A stretch of 62,272 nucleotides of DNA, filler included, from Platydemus manokwari (lineage: Eukaryota), in NCBI GenBank assembly GCA_037951405.1. It is 5 parts of 5 records of this genome, joined end to end, with 100 filler letters (N's around TTAATTAATTAA, not from the genome) between each part and the next. Parts side by side here need not be neighbours in the genome. Positions count along the whole stretch, not along the records: positions 51,949 to 62,272 come from JBBMOY011145549.1; 4 more parts are not named here. One strand, given 5' to 3'. The position numbers and the translations under genes are program-made. The notes beneath the pieces are model-generated. The model ran no database searches. It saw only the letters and a list, made by a program, of their open reading frames with translations, and was not told the origin of the DNA. This document shows positions 51,949 through 62,272 of the stretch, in pieces; position 1 is the stretch's first letter; each line of letters begins with the position of its first letter.

Positions 51949-52836
51949 TAAGGAATATAAATTTTGAAAATTTATCATATTTAATTGTGGATTAAATTCT
52001 TTGCATATTTTAACATAAAAATAATAGAGAAAATCATGATTATTTGTTAAGATATCAAATTTCATTTTATTAACTGAATATTTATCGTTATTTAATCTAA
52101 CTTTCAATTATTTTATATACTTATTATCAATATTTTGAATGAATTTTGAATTATTTTTTATATAACTGTTAATTTTATCAGACTACCACCTGCCTGAAAC
52201 TATTACCAAAATTCCCACGTCTTCAAGAAACTTCTATCCCCAAGTCAGTCTCCATGTATGAAACTATCAAACACAGCTCCCGGTACTGATGGAATTGTTG
52301 GGGTTTTAAGATGATAAAGTAAATAAATAAAATGAAATTGAAATTTTGGTGTTATAGGACAACAATGAATATCACTCGTCGATTAAATTGAAGTTATAAA
52401 TATAAGATTAGGTTGTGATTTCTTTCCGAACAGAATTTGCTCGTATCAGATACGTAGGAAGTGTTCGATCACTCTCTTATACTACAAATAATAATTTAAA
52501 TATAAATAGTCAGGTGAATATAAACTTATCCTGAAAAATATGAAGAATAATAACTTAGAAATTCAAATACTACATTACAATAACTTATATTTTATAATAC
52601 ATTAAAGGTACAATTCTATTGTTGACGAATAGGTCCTTCAGGAGAACAGTCAGATGTGCCAAACTAGTTGGTGAGACACGCCTATGATTAAATAAGAAGA
52701 TGAGAGATAGCAAGTGGAACTTAGTAAATTTAGGACAATCAGACACCTATCAAGATAGCTGTGGGCGCATAATGGAAATATATAATTTTACTCATCATGT
52801 TGATGAAAATAAAAATAAGCCGTATTGGGGATTCGA

Positions 52837-52960
52837 AATAGATAATAAACTGATTCGCTTGAATGCTTCTTTAAGTATGTAATAGACAATAACTGATTCG
52901 TTTGAATGCTTTAAATAATTAATTGACTATAAAACTGCTTCGTTTGAATTCTTCTTCAAA
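52837..52960. repeat. ~40-44 bp tandem repeat x3
   Basis: aat(a/t)ga..ataa(a)ctg(a/c)ttcg(c/t)ttgaat at 52837, 52881 and 52921. Confidence 0.85.
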
Positions 52961-52974
52961 TTAAAGGTTTCGTT

Positions 52975-53219
52975 CTCGTCGCCGGAATAATAAATATTGA
53001 ATCGTGAGTTTTATTATCTTGAAAACTAACTGAAAATAATTGAGTATAATAAAGTACAATTAGACTGAATCGGCTTGCTTTTATATACTGATTTTGTAGA
53101 TTGCATGCGTTATATTGGTGTCTTCTTTTGTTTCTAAATTTAAGAGCTTTCTAGTCTCATGTCTAAATTTAGAAACAGCCAACTGTTTTTAGCTACTTGA
53201 GTTGCTAAATTGACCCACA
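52975..53219 (-). mobile_element. Gypsy-type LTR relic with PBS
   Basis: The minus strand reads TGTGGG (53219), TATATAAA (about 53080-87), AATAAA (53010-15), then cGGCGACGAG (52975-84), one base from the TGGCGACGAG PBS start seen in Gypsy elements. Confidence 0.55.
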
Positions 53220-53599
53220 CTAACTTTAATACTAATATAGTTACTAAAAATAGATTTCGAAATGATTTCTTGCTTTTTATCTTGGATTCTATTTGGGTGA
53301 CCTTGAGGTCTTTTAGAAAAAGAATTTGTTATGGAAAAACAAAATTTTGTTTTATTCATTTTAAAATAGTTTTATATAGAAGTTTTTGAATTTTTTTTCA
53401 TTATATTTTTCTATTTAATCTAAGAATTTTTTTTTAATTTAATTTTTTATGTTTTTTAAATTCTTTTTACTCTTATGTATATTTATTATTGTATCGTATT
53501 TTAATAGTGTTATGTAAGGTTGGATTCCACAGAATCACCTACTATGACTGACTCAATTTGACTATAACATGGTTTTCTCTCTTATTTGTTCAACAAGAT

Positions 53600-53960
53600 A
53601 CTCAAATCAAAGATCATCCAAAAATAATGAACTACAAACAAAATTAGACTTCATTTTATACCCAGTAAAGACTCCACCACTTGTTTAGTTTCATTATGAA
53701 GATCGTTACCTTCACAGAGACTTATAAAATATTCACCATCATTCTCTATCTCTGATTACTAGACTGGGTTGCATCTAGCCATTTTTTCTCTTATACTCAA
53801 AAACCTTATCTGTATTCTATGATTGTGATGAGCACAATATCTATCTATTATCTCTTTCCGAATTTGCTCTAAGTAATAAAATATATTTCCATCTTGCTAA
53901 GATGGCCTTTTCAAAGCCTTCTTGATTCCATAAAACCTTTGAGCGATTGTTTTATGTCTC
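53600..53960 (-). mobile_element. CR1-like LINE reverse transcriptase relic
   Basis: Stop-riddled KGFMESRR...IDIVLI and KWL...QR*RMMVN match the order of CR1 RT motifs (QHGF...VDIV; W...R.QRV.VN). Confidence 0.4.
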
Positions 53961-54461
53961 TAATAATACCTTTTAAAGATCGTTCGGATTCTATTTGTTT
54001 TATCAATTCATTGTTTGTGTTAGGCATAAATTAGATTCAAAAGTAAATATTTAGAGTTAATATTTCCTTCAAGGTTGCAGGAATGTTCAAACAGTCATGG
54101 TCATTATTTCGAAAACTGAAGTACTATTTAAATATGAGCTGACTTGACAGTATTTTTGTGTTTGAATAAAAACGAAATGTTTACATCTATATTTTATTTT
54201 AATTTCAGATTTCGCGTTATATATTCCAGAAGAGAAAACGTTTCATTTTATACTAGATAAAATTATTACGAAATACATATTTGGTACATAATGCAAGAAA
54301 AAATAATAAATAAGTTAATTGAAATTAATAATTGGAGTTTTCATTTAATTCTCATTGTTCTTTGCAAAATCAAAAAGACGAAAGTTTTACATTATCCTTT
54401 TTCATAAAAATTGTTGAATGATCCTGTAATAATGTTTCAAAGCTAATTTTATAATTAATAG

Positions 54462-57400
54462 TTAAAATACTAGTTTTGATGAAAATCGGTTATTGTCCTC
54501 AAAAATTGGGGAATTATCATTATCATCTGTTGATTCGGAAACTACTTCTTTTAAATCAGATTTCGATTTTGATTCTTAAAAATGTATAATAGTGTTACAC
54601 AAAATAATTAAAATACGAATTCTAATTGATTCACCACATCTCGATATTGAAGTTCTCTCCATAAATTTAGGCTTGATTAAATTTTCGTGTATTAACCTGT
54701 TCAGTTCGTCTTCGACACTTGTTAATTTCAGAATCTACGTTGAAAAGTATTTATGTATATTATTATTTTAATATACTTTAGTTAAAATAATTTCATGAAT
54801 TCGGCTTTCGTTTATGATTTCAGTTTAAAATTAATTCTATAATTATGCTTTTTTCAAAATTTCGTAACATTATTTAATTATTGAGTTACTATGTTCTTTC
54901 CAATTCAAATGATTCAATTTTATGGATTCATGAGGAGCTTTGAAAGGTTAGCAGTGACACTTTAATAACCGAAAATTTCAAGTTTAGTGTAAGACATCTT
55001 ATAAAACTTATAAATGATTTATTCGGCTTATCTATATTCAATTAAAAAGTAAATAATACTTCAGATGTAAATTTTATCTTTATAATTAATCCCCAAAGGA
55101 TTGTAGTAGTATTATAATTATCGGTAGTATTATAATTATAATTTTTTAATCATTTTATGATGGTTGTTGAACTCTTGGGGTTCATTTGAAGCCAATTTTT
55201 TTGTGTGGCCCTGTGTAAGTAAAAATGTTTAGTATCGTAAAGAATAAAACAAATATTTAAACTAAGTTTATTAAAACTTAAATTTTTTAATTAAAAATCG
55301 ACTTAGTAAGCTATTGATATACTTAATAATGTGACATTACTTAAGCTTATAAAATGAATGTAAAAATTTGGGGAATTTCTAAATTTATTTTAATTTTTTA
55401 AGCATGGATTCTAGCTTATTGTTATTGTTTCTACCTCATTAACTTATAAATCTTAATCCAAAAGATAATAAGTTGATCGCTAAGTCATATTTAATGAAAC
55501 AATGTACAAAATATGTATATTCATGAGGGCCCCGAAAATAAAAGGTGTAACAAGTACTTGTACGATATTGCAAATACTGGCCAAGAGTCTGCTCGTGATC
55601 TTAGTAAACTCTTTTAAGAAACAAGATATTATTGCATGTATTCACAATAACTATCACGAATATACGGTGAAGTTATTAATATCCGTAAATATTTTATACT
55701 GTTATAAAGAATATAAACAAAATCTACCGGATTTCTGATTCAATTTATTTGTCTATCTTGTTAATAGCAGTCTTAATATAACTGTCCTGACTTTATATAT
55801 TAATTTTGCGTGCATCACTGTGAAATAATTCCACACTAATTGGCTCAACATTTATAAACCTCTTTTTAAACCTCTAATTTATTAATTATTTGTTTCAACT
55901 AACTAAAATTCTTCTTATATTATTTACTTAAAAATTCAAAATGTTTTACTGAATATAAATAAATAAGCACAAAAATTTAAACTTTCAATTTTAATAATAT
56001 AAATATTTTTTCAATTTTGTCAGAAGCTTGTGTAATTTTATTGAATGTGCTTGTAAAGTGTTATAAATAAATCTTTGTGGGTATATTACTAATTTGAGTC
56101 AGATAAATAATCAAGCTGTTGTGTTCTGCACCAAGTAAAATTAACATAACCACCGAGGGTTTATTTCAATAACAATTTTGTTGTATAAAACATTTGATAC
56201 TAATAATGTTTTTCAAAAAATTAATCAATATAGACGAAAAAAATGAAAATATTCAAATTCAAAGTAGAATACCAAACACCTTATTTCCGAATCTAGGTCA
56301 CCTAACAGCATAATAAATAAAGTACAAAAATTTGATTGAGTTAACTCATAACATATTTATATAGATGTCGCGTTGCATGAACTTTATAAAGCAATTTTCA
56401 ATCACCACATCTTACTAAGATTCTGATGCGCTCAGGTTCTAGCTTGAATTTAAATAAAATCGTGGCCAGTGTCACCGCTAGTATCTATGAATGGATATTG
56501 TTCAATTTAACAAAAGTTTTGTTAAATATACGTTTTATCACCCCAGAGCTAAGAGGCATTGCATAAATATTAGTATTAGATCATGAGAATTAACTTCTGA
56601 GTAATTAGCATTTCTATTTCATCTGTCATTAATAATTTTCGAATTTTTCTGTTGATATTAACAATTTTAAAATTAGTATAATAAAACTAATTGCATTTTG
56701 TTGTTGGTTACATCACAAACAATCAATCTATATTTATAACAACTTAACTATTTAGTAACTGGTGCTGTGCAAACAAATTTTTAAAGATAGTGTGTAATTT
56801 TCAAGTGCTAATTGAATTCAGAAATTAAATTTTTCAAATAATTCATAGAATAAAATTTTAATTTCTTTATGAAGTAAATTTTTTAAAAAAATTTAAGTTA
56901 TAAATTAATCTTATTAATTAAATAATTTAACAAACCTTGCTAATCTCTAGAGCTTTCATATAAATTTCAGTTGATTCGGATATTCTGTTTAAAGAGAAAT
57001 AGGCTTTTGCCATTAGAATATTAGCATTGAGCTGCCACTTTTCATCCATTCCTAGATTTGCTTTTTCAAGAGCATTTTTGGCATATCTTAAGGCACTCTC
57101 AAAATCATTGAGACCAAAATAACATCTACCAATTTCATGATATAACCATGATAATTCTACATTGGAAACGGCTAATTTTATTTTTGAGTTCCATCTGTAA
57201 AGGCTGTAATTAAAAATATTACGTGTGATAAACTTACATTTTTATTGCACTATGGTACTCATTTTTAAGGCTATGAATAAGGCCTTTGTAATCCATTGAT
57301 CGAGAAACTGCATCTTTTATATTATTTTCTAATCCGTTAGTCCTATCAAGTTCATGATATTCTAAAGCTTCAGTGAGTAAATTCAAATTCATGTAACAAT

Positions 57401-60400
57401 TTCCGATTATGGAATATAAATCTGATAAAATAATGTGATAATTCTGTTTTTCAATTCGTGGTATGTCTTTGAGAATACTAATTATTTTTTTAGCTTTTTC
57501 GATTACCTTCCAGTGATCACCCTGAAACTCCACTGAGAATTATTTTAAATCACGTATAGATTTTAAGTGTTTACCATTATAAAATCAATATTTTTAATAA
57601 ATTTAAAATTATCTGTAGTCTGTTAAAAATAAATATGGAACATTATAATAAACATTAAAAATTTTTTTAGATTTACTAAAAATAACTGAAGAAGATTTTC
57701 AAAACAACATCGACTGGATGGCGGAGACAGAATTGAATGAGATTTTGAATTGATTGTATGATTTAACTAACCAACTGTGATTCATAGATCGATTGAAAGA
57801 AAGAACAACGTATATACGATATTTTAATGTATAGGTATCTCGAATATCAATGTTTATGAATAAGTATTAGTATGCTTAATGAGATTCTAATGTCATTGTA
57901 AGAATAAATTTTATTTAATATTGTATAAAATATAATTGATTTTATAGGTTAGAAATAATTTTATTGTAAACATGTTACAATGTTTAAGTAATATTTGGCT
58001 CACCTATGATAGAAATCTCTGAATCTTAAGAATTACTTCCATTTTGGTTCTTCTGTTTCTATGATTTGTAAAATTTTAACCGAATTTATTCTGATTCAAA
58101 CTTTTTATGTTCCAAGAACTTTATTTCGGTTCTTATAGAAAGTATTTTAAAATATGTTTATTATTATAAAAATTATATTTATGTATGACCTATGTATACG
58201 TATAATACTTCAATATGACTTGCCTTTGTCTACTCGTAGATTAAGACATCGTACAAGTAGATTAACATTTTAACAAAACAAGATAATTTGTGCCTGAAGT
58301 TCTGAAGGGTATTCGATAGGCCTGAAATGTCAACAAAGTATAACATTATAGGTACTAGATAAAATAATAAAATTTTTATTTGCAAATGAAATCTTTATTA
58401 AGACTTAGATCAAAATATGGATGTATTGATATTAAGATATGATGTCTTTTGCATAAAAAATTCAGAATAATATAAAAATATTGTAAGTGTAATATAAACA
58501 AAGACAAAAACCTTACACATTTCAATATGTACTAATTCAAGTAAAACATTGTGTATGGTCCAATCATATTTTTCCTTATCTATTATGCTAAGTTGAGATT
58601 TCATTCTTTTCTTTGGCAATTTTCTTGTGTAAAATGGTTTATATTGTTGCCAGAATTCTAATCTGGGTTCTAAGTAATTAATACAATGTTGTGCGGCAGT
58701 CTTAATTCTTTTAGAAATAAAGTCTTGCTGATTTGCTGCAACTAAAAATTATAAAATCGTTGTGCATTACTTAATTAAAATAAAATACCGTGAAAATAAT
58801 TACAAAAACAATTTCTAATGATTTTTCCTTTCCTTTTTTTAATTAATAACGGATTTATATCTTTCATTCCCAAAATTCTTTGATCTGAGTAATAATAAAT
58901 AATGACACATAAGAATCATCAATTGATTTAGTATTTTTATCGATGGTTCCTAATTAGTTATTATTACTATAAGATTATAGAGTGTCTGAAATGTTAAATT
59001 TTATATTTGACTAAAAAACAAAAAATCAAAATCAATATTAAAATAAAATGGCATTCAAAATTCTAAGACCCTAAAACAAAGAAAAAAGGAAAAATCACAA
59101 TTAAAAGGGGATTATATGGTTCACTGAGTGGTTGTTGATTTGTATGTTTGCAATAAGTTATAAGAAATTGTGCTTCCTTTAAATGTGTGTGAACAGCTTA
59201 TTTTTAGGGTTTTCTTAGGTATTTTGTTCAAGACTCAACACTATTATTATGGGATTAAACTTGATTAAATTAAAAAATTGTTTCGAAATAGTCTATATAA
59301 TCTATATTATCTATATAAATAATCTATTGAGTTATGTAAAGCAGGGTTTCTTAGTAAAAACTATAATTTTCTTAAAAACAATATAGATTATATTTAGAAG
59401 CTTAGAATCGGCGTTGCATTATACCATAGGCGTAGTAAATTTTAAAAAATAAGTCAAAGAAAGACTTAATTTCAAATCAATCTTTGAAATCCAAAAACCA
59501 AAACATGGTAGTAAGAGGAATGGACAACGGGTAAATCGATCATATACTCAGATAGTAAAAATTAGGATGAGAAAATACCCATCACAGTTAGCTCATGCGA
59601 ACAGTGAAGAGGAGAAATGACGAGACTGACTAATTCATTCCTTTAGATTTTTCTCTCAAACGAATGCAAATGCTACTTGTAATTCATCTTATTTCATTTC
59701 ATCTTTCATGTACTCATAAGCTTTATAACCTCTTCGTCATTGTGGCGACATGAGGACGAGCATTGTCATGCTGTAAAATTATCTACTTCTTATTGTTCCT
59801 CTTCGCTTTGATTGCAGAATTTGATCGCTTGATTTGTTCACAATGAAGTTTGACATTGTTTGATTTCTTGGCAATATTTAGTAATGAATAACACAAACTT
59901 GATAATATCAAACGCACATCAAGATTTTGCATTGGTGAACTTCGGGTTCCGTACGTAGTTGTGGTTGCTTTTGAGGAATTATTCAAATTTTTTTGAGTTT
60001 CAAATTTATCTAGAAGCATCATTTCTCATCACCTGTTACGATCCTAGAAAGGAAAGATCCCATTTTCTTGAAATGTCGAGAAATACTGGTGTGATCACAA
60101 TCCATTTCTTGTCCTAGCGCTCGTGTCGATTGACGCCGATCATCACGAATCAATTGGTCCAAACAGTCTTCATCGAAGTCACTAGGTCGGTCTGACCGAG
60201 GTGCATCTTTTAAATCAAAATTTTCTTTGTTAAATTTCGAAAACCTCTTTTGTGCTGTTCGTTCACTGACTACCTTTTCTACATAAGCGCAATAAATCAT
60301 TCTGATAGCTTCTGCAGTTGATTGAAATAGAAAAGGAGTAAATGCGGTAATGTCAATATTATCTAGTTGACATTTCATTTTAATGAGAGTATGAAAGTGA

Positions 60401-62102
60401 ACGTTAGTCTAAAATGATTTAAGGAGATAATTCAGCCTAATGAATATAACTCAAATCACTTAAAACAAGAAGTTGGTATGTTTTATTTACAATAAATAAT
60501 ACAGCAAGAATTTATAAACCAACCCAATATCACCAATCAAATTTTGTCAAAAAGAAATTATTAAATCAACACATGACAATTACTCTTAAAATTTTTATTT
60601 AAGAATTAATCACAAATTATACACACTGGTTAACTCGTTAAATTTAACTGGTTAAATTTATCAACGTGAGTGCAATTATCTTAATGATTTTAAATGTATA
60701 TATTTTTTTAATTTGATTAGTTTTTTTGTCTAAAAAGCTCCGATTCTTTTAGGAGCTTATAATGAAGTTAAAAATATTTTACCAAAGAAATATTATTAAT
60801 TGTTATATTTATATGATTAAATCTTAAAGTTTCAATATGTAGTATTGATCACTGATTCAATTTTCTCTCGATTCCTCAGTTACATTCAAATATGAGATTG
60901 TCGTACTTTGCAATTCAAAAACTTAGAATTCGAAATTTTTGTATTAGTGATTTGTGGTTGCTTCGCGTCAATTTATATTTTCTTTGACGTTGATTACAGT
61001 GTAAATTTATCATTTTTAGTACTTTGTACTGTAATTTTAATAAAATCTTTTGACATTTGAAAATTTAAAACAATAAATTTTTGACCTTAGATATTATAAA
61101 TTTTGTTAAACTATTAATTTTCTTTCCTTAATTTTTCTTATTCTACCTATTCTTTTTGGAATTTATTGAATAATAATTTTAATTTCATAAATAATAATAT
61201 ATATTATAATTATTTAATATAATATTTTTGCAAAATCTAATTTATACAATCATTATCAAAATGTCTATCAATATCAAAATCGTAAAATAAGTGATCAAAA
61301 AATACTGTCAACGTCAATATCAAATGAAAGTTCTCAAAATCATAAATTGTAGTGGATTGGAATTCGTAGTTTGAGATTAACTACATGCGTCTAGATGGAC
61401 ATTTCAACTTATTTTCTTTAATTTTTGCAAACCTTTTTTCAAACTAGGCCATTATTGCTTAGTGTTACGAGCTTTCTTCTCACTATAACTCTCTTATTTC
61501 GTCAATCTGTATCTCTTTGGTGTTGTTGCGAATCTTAGCGACTCTATCTCGGCGTGTTTCTCCTTCCATAATTCTTTTGGATTAACGGCCATGTGTATTT
61601 TATCTTTCCATGTTATACTATCTGTTTCCTCTCTGTCTGAAAAGAGTACCAGCTTACCCATGTTATGCCCTTCCCAACAATATTAAATAATTCCACGAAT
61701 TATAAGAATTAAAATAAATCAGTTGTGATCTACTATCTCAAAACAGAGTAGGATACTCACAAAAAAACGAAGTATTTGTCATTATTGTAATAAGAGCACC
61801 ATATTTTATTGATAAGTATAAATAATTCTTATAAATAAATTATGCAATAAAAATATAATATATTTAACAAACTTTTCTGAAATACTATTAAATTTGTTTA
61901 TTGTGAAGTTATTTAATTTATAAAACTTTTAGATTTATGAGATTAGGTGATAAAAAAATTAACCTTCTTCTTTAATTAACTTTTGTAAATATATTCTATC
62001 GTCGCTCACTTCATTTAAAAGTTCTTTTAATGTTTTTTTGTTGGTGACATCCTTAATTGATTGACTACCATATTCTTGCGATAATTGTTTGGTCAAAGTT
62101 GC
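54462..62102 (-). CDS. ODAD4: Outer dynein arm docking complex subunit 4 / TTC25 (TPR protein), 5'-partial
   Basis: Phase-consistent GT-AG exons 62102-61964, 58741-58517, 57532-57238, 57194-56936, 54734-54635 and 54574-54462. They encode KTLKELLNEVSDDRIYLQKL, NYLEPRLEFWQQYKPFYTR, LYSIIGNC, WLYHEIGRCY and DEKWQLNA, all characteristic of TTC25. The 3' end may continue to about 54345 through two more micro-exons. Confidence 0.88.
59715..60527 (-). mobile_element. Defective mariner transposon in an ODAD4 intron
   Basis: TA + TIR TTGGGTTGGTTTATAAA at 60529-60511. The HTH region (VVSERTAQKRF...APRSDRP), IVTGDEK and LQHDNARPHVA are present. It carries stops and an internal deletion, and lacks YSPDL and the second TIR. 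Confidence 0.9.
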
Positions 62103-62272
62103 CTGGAAAATACGATATTTTGAAAATAATTTAAATTTATTTGATTAAATAATTAGTCTTTCCAAAAGATTTCATTACTTTATAACATTGAGCGCTGTAA
62201 TATATGTATATATGTATTTGTTTAAATACTATATATTTGTACAATCCTTTGAATTAATAAATATTAATATTT

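Noticed and set aside
58789-58884. Extra open exon candidate in ODAD4
   Set aside because: The flanking exons already join in phase and give a contiguous TTC25-like sequence.
59500-59630. RTE/L2-like LINE 3' ends (also about 52190-52330 and 61400-61650)
   Set aside because: Too degenerate to support without a search.

Overview
AT-rich eukaryotic genomic DNA, most likely from a spiralian and probably a flatworm. That call is inferred from the innexin, prominin and TALE homeobox styles and from 43-105 nt GT-AG introns. The window is not one locus. It is five contigs joined by four identical artificial 100-bp linkers (44 N + TTAATTAATTAA + 44 N): 1-12903, 13004-26393, 26494-35372, 35473-51848 and 51949-62272. 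Contig 1 is gene-dense, with an intronless prominin-like gene, a two-finger C2H2 gene and an atypical TALE homeobox gene (PYP, WFANKR) that has a probable upstream exon encoding a CtBP-like PLDMS motif. Contig 2 has a divergent two-exon innexin, a non-autonomous hAT element and decayed LINE-like DNA. Contig 3 is an old array of diverged repeats interleaved with ORF relics. Contig 4 has a minus-strand single-pass membrane gene whose upstream exons resemble a catalytically dead GH56 hyaluronidase, plus a decayed MSV199-like, possibly viral, relic. Contig 5 holds the 3' part of ODAD4/TTC25, with a deleted mariner in an intron, followed by CR1-like and Gypsy LTR relics. No rRNA, tRNA, CRISPR array or hammerhead ribozyme could be supported. 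Family assignments come from motif recall by eye, not from database searches.
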